This document shows, piece after piece, positions 49,452-58,903 of a stretch of DNA of 64,000 nt. How positions within the stretch are numbered: the first letter of the stretch is position 1; each line of letters starts with the position of its first letter. The notes under the pieces are model-generated. The model was not told the DNA's origin. It saw nothing but the letters and a program-made list of their open reading frames with translations, and searched no databases. The position numbers and the translations under genes are program-made. The DNA is from Candidatus Sumerlaeaceae bacterium (lineage in GTDB: Bacteria; Sumerlaeota; Sumerlaeia; Sumerlaeales; Sumerlaeaceae). The stretch covers positions 1-64,000 of the forward strand of contig JBPCLP010000011.1 of assembly GCA_051003195.1 (NCBI GenBank). Direction: 5' to 3'.

Positions 49452-50618
49452 GTGCCTCGCCATCGTTCGTCCTTGTATTCTCACCCAACGATAACAAATC
49501 AGCATCCGTTGCCAAACTACCCAAACCCCGAAGTCTACTGGCGGAGTACCCGCGCACGGGATCACGCGCGCGCGGGTGCGCTTGCTTATGCGCGTGCAGA
49601 GATGACCCGACGTCGCGCGGCGGGTGCGATTGCAAAACAATCACTGCTTCAGATTCACAGCGGCCGGCATCACCTCGATTTCTTTCGCGACCAGTTTCCG
49701 CAGCTCATCGCCAAACTACCACCCAACTTCCGCGCCATCGAAGTCGGAGCGGGAATGGCATGGCAGGCCGCGTTGCTCGCCGCGCACAGCAGCGGCTCCG
49801 TTGTGGCCACCGAAATCACCTTCGACCAAAAGACTCCGTACCACCTGGACAACGTCCACGTGCTGTATCGACTTTGCGAACACGACCCGGCGTTGAGTAG
49901 CCTTCTGGAATTTCACACAAACCAACAGGACGTTACGTCGGTGACGTTCGACCCTCGGCTACAGTTTGCGCGCGCAGATGCGGCCGGCCTGCCGTTCGCC
50001 ACGGCCACTGCAGATCTCTTGTACTCCAATAACTGTCTGGAACACCTGCCGGACCTCGAGAGCGCGTTTCGTGAAGCGGCACGCGTTCTAAAGCCCGGAG
50101 GCCTTTTGTTTGGCTCGACTGAGCCATTATACTTTTCCGCGCAGGGGCATCACCTCAGCGACTTTTTCCCAATCCCGTGGGGCCATCTTCTCTGGCACGT
50201 TGACGAGCTGGCGGAGATCGTGCTCCGCGAAGGCGAGCCCGGCCGCGAATGGGAACCTGGAGACGTCTTTTCCGCACGCCACGTGAACTATATACTTGGC
50301 GAAATCCTCAACTACACTACGCCGGTTGAATTTCGATCACTGATCCGTTGCGGACCCTGGCGGGTCGAAGCATGGCTGGACATAGCACATTCAGCCGACA
50401 AGACGCTGGCGCGCGAGATTCATCTCTTCGACGCTCTTACCGGGATTCCCACGGAAGCGCTGCTTCTTACAGGACTGCGGTTTCATCTCCGCCGTGACGA
50501 GGCTCATCCTCGAATCCAGATACCGTTGCTCCTCGACCACATCACCCGGAGCCGCATCCGGCGCCTGCTACCCCGTAAGCTAATGCTCCTTAAAGGCTTG
50601 AGAGCGTCTCAACAATGA
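49452..50618 (+). CDS. Class I SAM-dependent methyltransferase
   Basis: IEVGAG, LPFATATADLLYS...LEH, RVLKPGG, PWGHLL; start uncertain. Confidence 0.85.
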   Translation: MPRHRSSLYSHPTITNQHPLPNYPNPEVYWRSTRARDHARAGALAYARAEMTRRRAAGAIAKQSLLQIHSGRHHLDFFRDQFPQLIAKLPPNFRAIEVGAGMAWQAALLAAHSSGSVVATEITFDQKTPYHLDNVHVLYRLCEHDPALSSLLEFHTNQQDVTSVTFDPRLQFARADAAGLPFATATADLLYSNNCLEHLPDLESAFREAARVLKPGGLLFGSTEPLYFSAQGHHLSDFFPIPWGHLLWHVDELAEIVLREGEPGREWEPGDVFSARHVNYILGEILNYTTPVEFRSLIRCGPWRVEAWLDIAHSADKTLAREIHLFDALTGIPTEALLLTGLRFHLRRDEAHPRIQIPLLLDHITRSRIRRLLPRKLMLLKGLRASQQ

Positions 50619-50625
50619 TCAAGCT

Positions 50626-51564
50626 GTGCCTGTGTATCAAAAACTAATCCGCGAGTTCTGCCGACGAGTGTCACCCCTCACGCAGAAGCTCGGCTTTGTG
50701 CTCAGCCCCGTACACTTTTATTTTCCCATTCCTGACACGCGCGATTTGGCCGCACGAAACGTATGGGACCAGCGCACGACCCTCTCCGGCATTTCATGGA
50801 ACCCGGATGCGCAACTTGCGCTGGTTAATGAACTATCTGCCTTCGGTCGCGAGTGCGACTGGACAAGCACAGCCGACGCGCCAGCAGGCCGATACAGCTC
50901 GGACAATCCAACGTTCGGCTTTGCGAGTGCCATGCTCGCGCATGCGATGGTGCGCCATTTCCGACCTAGGCGCATCATCGAAGTCGGAGTTGGGTGGTCG
51001 ACACTCGCGCTGCTCGAAGCTGCCGCTCGCAACACTGCCGTTGGCGCGCCAGCCCTGCAGTACACCGGAATTGATCCATATCCGCCGGTCTGGCTCCCAC
51101 CCGGCGCAACCGAACACCTGCACCAGGTGCAGGTGCAGAGTATTCCTGTCGCACACTTAACCGACCTCGACAGGAACGACATCCTGTTCATCGACTCCAG
51201 CCACGTGTTGAACGTTGGCAGCGACGTGCAGTACCTCTACCTGGAAGTTCTTCCGCGCCTGCGTCCCGGCGTAATAGTCCACGTACACGACATTCAGCTC
51301 CCGCGCGAGTACCCTCGCGACTATGCCATCCGTCAGCGATGGTTCTGGAACGAACAGTACTTGCTGCAGGCTTTCCTCGCGCATAACGATGACTTCGAGA
51401 TCCTGCTGGCCGGGCATTATCTCTGCTCCGACCACGCACCTGCTTTACAGGTTGCATTCCCGCACTATGCTCCGCAGCATTACTCGCCCACCGGCAGCTT
51501 CTGGATGCGCCGTCGCATCAAACCCGTTGCGTTCCACGACCCAACCCTGCAACAGCACACCTGA
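50626..51564 (+). CDS. Class I SAM-dependent methyltransferase (Methyltransf_24-like)
   Basis: HFYFPIP, IIEVGVGWST, LFIDSSH, VHVHDI, WNEQYLLQAFL. Confidence 0.88.
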   Translation: MPVYQKLIREFCRRVSPLTQKLGFVLSPVHFYFPIPDTRDLAARNVWDQRTTLSGISWNPDAQLALVNELSAFGRECDWTSTADAPAGRYSSDNPTFGFASAMLAHAMVRHFRPRRIIEVGVGWSTLALLEAAARNTAVGAPALQYTGIDPYPPVWLPPGATEHLHQVQVQSIPVAHLTDLDRNDILFIDSSHVLNVGSDVQYLYLEVLPRLRPGVIVHVHDIQLPREYPRDYAIRQRWFWNEQYLLQAFLAHNDDFEILLAGHYLCSDHAPALQVAFPHYAPQHYSPTGSFWMRRRIKPVAFHDPTLQQHT

Positions 51565-52610
51565 TGACTACGGAACCCATCTGGTGGCTCATTGCCTTCG
51601 CCATCTGGCTGGCTGCACTTGCCGGCCTGCGCCTCGTCGCCCCGGGGCGCATGCGCGAGAACCTTGAGGCATATCTCTACCTGCTTCCCGCCGGTGCGGT
51701 GCTGCTCGCGTTCTGGTTCCTGCCGGCCGCATGCTCCATCGCCGTCAGCTTTACGAACTGGACTGGCGCCTCGCGTATCAACTCTGTCCAATGGACCGGG
51801 ATTGAGAACTACCGTCGCGCGCTCAGCGATGACCAGTTTCAGCAGGTCCTCTACAATACGCTGAACTACGTTCTCTACAGCGTACCGCTTACCATTGTGG
51901 CGGCCTTGGCGATCGCATCGCTGCTAAACAGCCAGATCTTCGGCCGACAGGTCTTCCGCACCATCTATTTCCTGCCTTACGTCACGACGTGGGTCGCGGT
52001 TTCTATCGTGTTCAAGTATGTCTTCAACGAACAGTTCGGCCTGGCAAACCATCTCCTGCATTCATCGCGGCTCCCAATGTTCGGCTGGCTGAATGAGCCA
52101 CGCGGTATTATCGAAATGCTGCTGCAGGATGGCGCGGGCATTAAGCTCGGCGGACCGCTTCACCCATTGCTCGCCGGTCCGTCGCTCGCCATGTTCTCCG
52201 TTATCCTCACATCCGTTTGGCGCGATGTCGGGTACTTTATGGTCATCTTTTTAGCCGGACTGCAGAACATCGACAAGACATTCTACGAGGCCGCGGAAAT
52301 CGACGGTGCCACCGCATGGCAGCGCTTCCGCCACGTGACCTGGCCCCTGCTTTCGCCCACCACCTTTTTCATTCTCGTGGTCTCGCTCATCGCCGCCTTT
52401 AAGGTTTTCGTGCCTATGTACATCATGACACCCGGAGGCACACCCGGCGGCACCACCGAGACCCTGGTATCGTACCTTTTCAAAGTCGGATTTACTGGAT
52501 ATCGTGAATTGGGTTATGCGTCGGCCGTCGCTTACATACTTTTCCTGATCATTCTCGTGATCACAGTGGCGCAAAATACAATAATCGGCCGCAAGGTCCA
52601 TTACGCTTAG
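51564..52610 (+). CDS. Carbohydrate ABC transporter permease
   Basis: FRTIYFLPYV, EAA loop YEAAEIDGATAWQRFRHVTWPLL, GYASAVA. Confidence 0.95.
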   Translation: MTTEPIWWLIAFAIWLAALAGLRLVAPGRMRENLEAYLYLLPAGAVLLAFWFLPAACSIAVSFTNWTGASRINSVQWTGIENYRRALSDDQFQQVLYNTLNYVLYSVPLTIVAALAIASLLNSQIFGRQVFRTIYFLPYVTTWVAVSIVFKYVFNEQFGLANHLLHSSRLPMFGWLNEPRGIIEMLLQDGAGIKLGGPLHPLLAGPSLAMFSVILTSVWRDVGYFMVIFLAGLQNIDKTFYEAAEIDGATAWQRFRHVTWPLLSPTTFFILVVSLIAAFKVFVPMYIMTPGGTPGGTTETLVSYLFKVGFTGYRELGYASAVAYILFLIILVITVAQNTIIGRKVHYA

Positions 52611-52675
52611 AGTATTCGCGGCGCACGAATGTCCGCCGCTCACGCGAAATTGTTCCGCTAAATCCTAAAGCTCCG

Positions 52676-53464
52676 CTAAGCTACCGGCCGCGTGTCGGCC
52701 GGCGGATGCCGGCGACTCCGCTTCTTCTGCCACACCGGGCGTGTGACCTCGCCAATAATCCCAACGGCGGTGTATGCTACGAAGCCAAAAAAGACCAGCG
52801 CCTCGATATAATCCTTCATGAAAATGCCAAGTGCCAGCAGCAGGAAGATCGCCGGCAATACGCTGAACTGCTTTCGCCTCTCCAACCGGAGTTGTTTAAA
52901 ACTCGGATAGCTGACGGTGCTTACCATAAGGAACGAAAGGCCCACGAGCATGATGGGCAATACCATCAGCACGAAATGCTTGTCCCAGTCTGGATCGATC
53001 CGCTGGAAGAACAGGAAGCTGGAAACAACCATGCCCGCAGCCGCTGGAATTGGCATTCCGGTAAACGATTTCTTTTCGACCTTGGTCTTCTGCACATTAA
53101 AACGTGCAAGGCGCAGCGCGCCGCAGATCGCAAAAAACGTGGCCGTGCCTTCCGCCAGGTGTCGGTTTTCCAGGTTTTCCATACGCGTATAAATCAGCAC
53201 CGCGGGCGCCACGCCAAATGCCACCACGTCTGCCAGCGAATCCAGCTGCGCGCCAAAGAGGCTCTCGGTTCGCGTCAGCCGCGCCACCAGTCCATCCAGC
53301 AGATCCAGTACAGCGGCCACGAGTATCAGCCAGCACGACAATACGTACTGGTGCGTTTCGGACTCCGTGGATTCCGCCACGTTCAGAACATTCAGAATCG
53401 CGAGCAGCCCGCACAGCATACTCAGGCAGGTGATCAGGCTCGGGAGTACATACACCTTCCTCAT
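52676..53464 (-). CDS. pssA: CDP-diacylglycerol--serine O-phosphatidyltransferase
   Basis: DLLDGLVAR...FGAQLDSLADVVAFGVAP, RLARFN, FTGMPIP; ATGA overlap with psd. Confidence 0.95.
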   Translation of the reverse strand: MRKVYVLPSLITCLSMLCGLLAILNVLNVAESTESETHQYVLSCWLILVAAVLDLLDGLVARLTRTESLFGAQLDSLADVVAFGVAPAVLIYTRMENLENRHLAEGTATFFAICGALRLARFNVQKTKVEKKSFTGMPIPAAAGMVVSSFLFFQRIDPDWDKHFVLMVLPIMLVGLSFLMVSTVSYPSFKQLRLERRKQFSVLPAIFLLLALGIFMKDYIEALVFFGFVAYTAVGIIGEVTRPVWQKKRSRRHPPADTRPVA

Positions 53465-54186
53465 GGCTGTTCGATCACATCCCGTGCGGTTTGTTCGTCC
53501 GATCGCGACAGCTCGGAAAATCCCGTAGGCAACCCGGGCGGCAGCGTCGCGACAACAGATTCGCCGCCCCGCACCCGCTGGCCTGCATGCACGTGCAGCT
53601 GGCACGCCGCAGGAAGCAGCATTTCAACCCGTGAGCCGAACCGGATCAGGCCGATCTTGTCACCTTTCTGCAAAACATCGCCCCGCTCAAGCGGACAGAC
53701 AATTCTCCGCGCTACAAGACCCGCCACCAGTTTAACAACTACAGGCAGCCCGGCCGGTGTGCGCATCACGATCACCTTGCGCTCATTTTCCTCACCGCAC
53801 TTGTCTTCCATGGCGTTGAGAAACTTGCCCTGGTGGTGTGTTGCGGCAGTCACTTCGCCGGCGCATGGCGCCCAGTTGACGTGAACGTCAAACACGGACA
53901 TAAAAACGGCGATTCGCAGGCACTGGCCATCCGGAAAATCCGGGTGCGGGATAATACCGGCCGCCACTATTTTGCCGTCCGCGCCGGAGATCACTTCGTT
54001 CGGGTTACGTGTTCCGTAGCGCTCAGGATTACGGAAGAACGCGAGCACATACACGAACAGGAAAAACGCAAACACGCCAACGATCTTCCACCCAAGCGCA
54101 AAAGCCACGAATGTGATCACGAGCATTGGCATCGCAAACGGAAACGCTTCTGAAGCAACAGGTGAATTAGTGGGACGGTAGTTCAT
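53461..54186 (-). CDS. psd: Phosphatidylserine decarboxylase
   Basis: FFRNPER, SGADG, FMSVFDVHVN, GLVARRI, IRFGSRV cleavage motif. Confidence 0.96.
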   Translation of the reverse strand: MNYRPTNSPVASEAFPFAMPMLVITFVAFALGWKIVGVFAFFLFVYVLAFFRNPERYGTRNPNEVISGADGKIVAAGIIPHPDFPDGQCLRIAVFMSVFDVHVNWAPCAGEVTAATHHQGKFLNAMEDKCGEENERKVIVMRTPAGLPVVVKLVAGLVARRIVCPLERGDVLQKGDKIGLIRFGSRVEMLLPAACQLHVHAGQRVRGGESVVATLPPGLPTGFSELSRSDEQTARDVIEQP

Positions 54187-54257
54187 GCGAGCCCCTATCT
54201 GGAATAATCACAATGCTTCGGCAGCGCGCTGGATGGCTGTCAAGCCGCGAACGCCCG

Positions 54258-56264
54258 CTACTTGCGAGACCGCTTGGCAGCCGCAGCAGGCGTGCCGGCA
54301 GGCACCGTCTTCGTCGTCTCTGTAGCTACAGCCGCAAAGTTCGCCGCTTCTACCCCGCCCCGCTGAAATTTGTGCTTGTTGCCCAGGAACTCCTCGTAAG
54401 TTGCCGAAAACGCATGCCTTCCATCACCCTGGTAAACATAATACAGGTAATCCGTCTGCGGTGCCGTATATGTCGCCACAAGGCTGGCTATGCGCGGACT
54501 GGCGATGGGTCCCGGCGGCAAACCTTTGCGCAGGTACGTATTGTACGGCGAGTTCACCTTCAGGTCGTCCAGCGATAACTTGCGCCAGTCATTCAACGCG
54601 TAATTTACCGTCGCATCAATCTGCAGCGGCATATCTTTACCAAGCCGGTTAAAAATCACGGAGGCGATCAGCGGACGATCCTCATCCATACGCGCTTCAC
54701 GCTCGATGAGTGATGCCATGATCACATGCTCGTGCAAACTCAACTGGTCGTGCTTTCCAAGCGGCTTTACCTGTGTCTCGACATTCTGCTTAAATGTGTT
54801 CACCATCAGGCGGATGAGGTCCTCCTCCTTCATTCCCGGCCCGAAGAAGTAAGTGCTGGGATATAAATATCCCTCGAGCGACGGGACCTCCATCCCCAGC
54901 TTCTTTATAAGATCTGCGTCCTTCACCAGTTCCATGAAGCGGACATCGTCAAACTCCGCATATCGGCGTTTTACTTCCGTTGCGACCTCGCGAACTGTCT
55001 TACCTTCGGGTATGGTGATCTTGAAATCCTTCGAGCCTTCAATCAGGCGGTTGTAAACTTCGCTCAGACTCGAATTGGAATTGATGCGGTATGCACCGGG
55101 CTTTATCTTGTTGGAATTCTCGTTCAGGTGGGCCAGGTAGCGCATGAGATAGTAATCGCTCAGGCCGAGGTAACTGCCAAGCAGCCCCTGTTTTTTCATC
55201 TTCGTCAAAACAACACGGAAAGTTTCCCCCGGCTGCACAACCAGGTCGACGACACGTCCCGAGCCCGTGTCGCCCCTGTATAGCCGTTTATGTGCGTAGC
55301 GTCCGTAAAGCAGCCCAACAGCGACAGTCAGAAAGAATCCAATAAGGACACACCAGCTCAGGGCGTTCAGAAACCGATGGCCGTACGTCCTCTGCCCTGC
55401 CGGCTTGTGGTAAAGATCGGCCGTATCCTCCGACGGCACTGGCGGGATGTGTTCCGGAATGTCAAAAAATGGGCGAACTGCGGATGCAACGGCAGCCGCT
55501 TCCGGACGAGCCCGGGCAATGATCGCCTGCAAATCCGGCGGAGGCACGACTGTACGTATCGGCGTTGCGGGTGCAGCAGCTTCCGGCTCCGGCGGAACAG
55601 CCTCGGCAGCTTCCACTGGGGCTTCTTCAACCTGTTCAACTGCGAGCTCCGGTTCAATAATGGGTTCGTTGGTTGAGTACACAACGCGACCCGGCAGCGA
55701 CGGCCGTTGCGCCATCGTCTCAAAAAACACCATGCCCGTCGGACGCCCGCCCACCATCGGCTGTTCAACCGATTGCTGAAAGCGGTGAGTCGGAAAGGAC
55801 TCGGCGGCTGGCTGCTCTGCCGCGGGCGAAAGTGCAGCCGGAGCAACAGTAATGTCCCCGGGAAAAGCCAGCTCTGCCTGCTGGGGCCGCGGGTTCTGCA
55901 TGTCGGCGGGATAAATATCCAGCAGCCGCACATTAGACCCGGCTGTGCGCGGTGCCGCGCGCCGGGGTTTGCGCTTCGGCATCGCCTCCGCCGGCGCATC
56001 CTGCTTCTCTTCGTCCCAGCTTACATGGCTGTCCAGGAAGTCGGATTCGAACGCATGCACATAACGTGTCGAGGCGCGCGGGATTTTCGTACCCGCACCT
56101 TCGCCGGCAAGCGGCGGAGCAGGCGTAGTAAAGGCGGGCGAACTCCAGACAATTTCGAGGAAATGCGCTGGCCGCGCGCTGGATTCGGGCGCCTGTTCCG
56201 TCGGAACAACGCTCGCACCCTTTGGCTCCTGGTCACCTGTATCCTTCGTCTGCATACTCCCCAC
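54258..56264 (-). CDS. mltG: Endolytic transglycosylase MltG with long N-terminal extension
   Basis: TM helix then TIPEG, LEGYLYPSTY, ASLIERE, LQIDATV, SPYNTY..GLPPGPI; start uncertain. Confidence 0.93.
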   Translation of the reverse strand: MGSMQTKDTGDQEPKGASVVPTEQAPESSARPAHFLEIVWSSPAFTTPAPPLAGEGAGTKIPRASTRYVHAFESDFLDSHVSWDEEKQDAPAEAMPKRKPRRAAPRTAGSNVRLLDIYPADMQNPRPQQAELAFPGDITVAPAALSPAAEQPAAESFPTHRFQQSVEQPMVGGRPTGMVFFETMAQRPSLPGRVVYSTNEPIIEPELAVEQVEEAPVEAAEAVPPEPEAAAPATPIRTVVPPPDLQAIIARARPEAAAVASAVRPFFDIPEHIPPVPSEDTADLYHKPAGQRTYGHRFLNALSWCVLIGFFLTVAVGLLYGRYAHKRLYRGDTGSGRVVDLVVQPGETFRVVLTKMKKQGLLGSYLGLSDYYLMRYLAHLNENSNKIKPGAYRINSNSSLSEVYNRLIEGSKDFKITIPEGKTVREVATEVKRRYAEFDDVRFMELVKDADLIKKLGMEVPSLEGYLYPSTYFFGPGMKEEDLIRLMVNTFKQNVETQVKPLGKHDQLSLHEHVIMASLIEREARMDEDRPLIASVIFNRLGKDMPLQIDATVNYALNDWRKLSLDDLKVNSPYNTYLRKGLPPGPIASPRIASLVATYTAPQTDYLYYVYQGDGRHAFSATYEEFLGNKHKFQRGGVEAANFAAVATETTKTVPAGTPAAAAKRSRK

Positions 56265-56392
56265 GCGCTCTGGTTCCAGTGTAGATGGAAAACATAATGA
56301 CAGCGGTGCGCCAGTTCAACACAAAAGGACACCACTGTCCGCAGCAATTTCTCCAAGCATAAGTGCGCCCGGTTGAGCGTACCGGATCAGCA

Positions 56393-57556
56393 ATGCTTAA
56401 GGCCACCGACCTGGATAAGCTCGAAAATGAAACGCTCGCGCCCTATGCAATGCGCAGCGCGCAGTCGCGTGGGCGCGATTACACGCTCAAGCCCGACGAC
56501 TGGCGCACGGAGTTTCAGCGAGACCGCGATCGCATCATCCACTCCGCCGCGTTTCGAAAGCTGGAGTATAAAACCCAGGTTTATATGGTGCATTATGGCG
56601 ATTACTTCCGTACGCGTCTCACGCACACGATGGAAGTCGCGCAAATCGCGCGTTCGCTTGCGCGCAACCTTCGCCTCAACCAGGATCTAACCGAGGCGAT
56701 CGCGCTCGCGCATGACGTGGGCCACACACCGTTCGGGCACAGTGGCGAAGTCGCGCTGAAGAAACTGCTCGCGTCCGAAGGCGGATTCGAGCACAACGAA
56801 CAGGGACTTCGAGTTGTCGAGTTTCTGGAGGAACGCTACTCCGACATGCCGGGACTCAATCTCACCTGGGAAGTGCGCGAGGGAATCATTAAGCACGCCA
56901 CGGAGTACGACTCACCAACGGTGCCCGACCGTTTTGAACCTCAGATTGCACCCACCCTGGAAAGCCAGGTGTGCGACGTTGCCGATGAAATTGCGTACAA
57001 CAGCCACGACATTGACGACGCGCTCAAAATGGGACTCATCGAGCAGCGCGATTTTCGCCATGTACCGTGGGTCTGGGAAATCTTTGAAGAGTGCCAGGCT
57101 TCCTCACCCTCCGATGCTTCCGACAAGTTTGTGAAGTACCGCGCCATCGGACGCATCATCGATCAGCTTGTGACCGATGCTATGAACACAAGTTTCGAAA
57201 ATCTGCAGCGGCTGAACATTACAAATGTCGACGACGTGCGCCGCCAGCGTGCGCATCGCGTGATCGGCCTTTCCGCAAAACAGACGGAGCTGAACCGCGA
57301 ACTAAAGACTTTTCTCATGGCCCGCGTCTATCGGCACCCGCGTGTTGTGCGTATGGCTGGCAAGGCCGAGCGCTTCATCGAGCAGTTATTTACTTTGTAC
57401 GTGGATGTACCCGGGCAGTTGCCGCTCAAATACCAGGCTCGCATCGAACGCGATGGTCTGAAGCGGGTGGTCACAGATTATATCAGTGGGATGACCGATC
57501 GATACCTGCAGGAGGATTACATCCGCGCTTTTCATCCCACGACGGATATGCTTTAA
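56393..57556 (+). CDS. dgt: dGTP triphosphohydrolase-like protein
   Basis: FQRDRDRIIHS.AFR.L..KTQV, RTRLTH, HDVGHTPFGH, DYISGMTD. Confidence 0.96.
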   Translation: MLKATDLDKLENETLAPYAMRSAQSRGRDYTLKPDDWRTEFQRDRDRIIHSAAFRKLEYKTQVYMVHYGDYFRTRLTHTMEVAQIARSLARNLRLNQDLTEAIALAHDVGHTPFGHSGEVALKKLLASEGGFEHNEQGLRVVEFLEERYSDMPGLNLTWEVREGIIKHATEYDSPTVPDRFEPQIAPTLESQVCDVADEIAYNSHDIDDALKMGLIEQRDFRHVPWVWEIFEECQASSPSDASDKFVKYRAIGRIIDQLVTDAMNTSFENLQRLNITNVDDVRRQRAHRVIGLSAKQTELNRELKTFLMARVYRHPRVVRMAGKAERFIEQLFTLYVDVPGQLPLKYQARIERDGLKRVVTDYISGMTDRYLQEDYIRAFHPTTDML

Positions 57557-57560
57557 CCGA

Positions 57561-58661
57561 ATGGTTCCAGACACACTGAAGTCGCGCATACTTCTGCTCC
57601 TGCGCTCGGGTGCCGCGGTGTCCGACGACGAGTTTACCGAACTTGCGCTGGAGTTGCATCGCGCCCAGAGGAACGCCAGTTCATTCCTGGAACGATATTA
57701 CACCCGCGCGGCAGCATCAAATCCGCGGCACTGGAGTGAAATCTCCGGACTTCCATCCTCCGCCTTTAAGCGCACCGCCATCTGCACGTTTGCCGAGGCG
57801 ACCGCACTCACCTGCTTTCAGACCAGCGGGACCACACAAGGCGACAGCGGCCGCCATTATTTCGAGACCCTCGAGTTTTACGAAGCTGCGATCCAGGAGA
57901 ATTTCCGCGCGCACCTGCTGCCGGACGGTAAGCGGATGCCCATGTTCATTCTTACTCCTCCGCCGCAGGACGCCCCGCATTCCTCTCTCGTCCACATGAT
58001 GAAGGTAGTGAGCGAGAAATTTGGTACCGGCGACTCTCAGTATTTTCTGCGCGACGGTTCGCTTGAAGTTGAAGGACTCGTGGAACGGCTTCAACACACC
58101 ACCGGCATAGGGCAGCCGATCTTCCTGCTTGGGACAGCTTTCGCACTGGTTTACTTTCTCGATGCCCTTGCAGCCAGGAAGCTGCGCCTCGAAATACCCC
58201 CCGGCAGCCGGATCATGGAAACCGGCGGCTTCAAAGGACGCTCCCGCGAGATCGCGCGGGAATCATTCTATCCGATGCTGAGCGTGGCAATCGGTGTTCC
58301 AGAAAGCCATATCGTCAACGAGTATGGCATGACAGAGCTCTCCTCCCAGTTTTACGATCTAAGCCTCGCGCAGAGAATTCCCACGGCGCATAAATCCATC
58401 CCGCCATACACGCGCATCCTTTGTGTCGATCCGGCCACGGGACAGCCCGTACCAGACGGCGTCCCCGGTCTGCTCCGGATTTATGACCTCGCCAATGTGG
58501 GTAGCTGCTGCGTCCTTCAGACCGAAGATGTTGGAATCGCTCACGGAGCATCATTCGAGGTGCACGGGCGCGTACCCGCGGCGCCGATCCGCGGTTGTTC
58601 TCTCGCCGCAGAAGATGCATTAGCTGGTTCAAAAATGAGTACGCACGTCACACCATTGTAG
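57561..58661 (+). CDS. LuxE-like acyl-protein synthetase / long-chain acyl ligase
   Basis: FQTSGTT, METGGFKGR, NEYGMTELSSQFY, DLAN......TEDVG, GR......RGCS. Confidence 0.88.
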   Translation: MVPDTLKSRILLLLRSGAAVSDDEFTELALELHRAQRNASSFLERYYTRAAASNPRHWSEISGLPSSAFKRTAICTFAEATALTCFQTSGTTQGDSGRHYFETLEFYEAAIQENFRAHLLPDGKRMPMFILTPPPQDAPHSSLVHMMKVVSEKFGTGDSQYFLRDGSLEVEGLVERLQHTTGIGQPIFLLGTAFALVYFLDALAARKLRLEIPPGSRIMETGGFKGRSREIARESFYPMLSVAIGVPESHIVNEYGMTELSSQFYDLSLAQRIPTAHKSIPPYTRILCVDPATGQPVPDGVPGLLRIYDLANVGSCCVLQTEDVGIAHGASFEVHGRVPAAPIRGCSLAAEDALAGSKMSTHVTPL

Positions 58662-58903
58662 TAACTTTCAACACTGGCAGACCAGCCAGGGCTGACGTAC
58701 CAGAGCCGTCTGCCCGCTGTGCACTCGGGTTGCCGCATTCCGGACCTTCGGGGCCGTCGCGACAGGGCAATGTGCCGTTTAATGAATTGGCACGGAATTG
58801 CCTAAAAGGAGCCGAGTGCGGAAAAACTTGCAACGCTTTACCCGCACCCGGCTTGAAACGTAACACACTTTAGCTAGATGTAGGACCAGGAGGTCCATAA
58901 CGC

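Noticed and set aside
58788..58801. TGGCACGGAATTGC as a sigma-54 promoter for clpC
   Set aside because: GG-to-GC spacing is 9 nt, not the required 10
58721..58819. GCACTC...GAGTGC as a CIRCE operator
   Set aside because: Arms are about 85 nt apart rather than 9 and lack TTA/TAA ends
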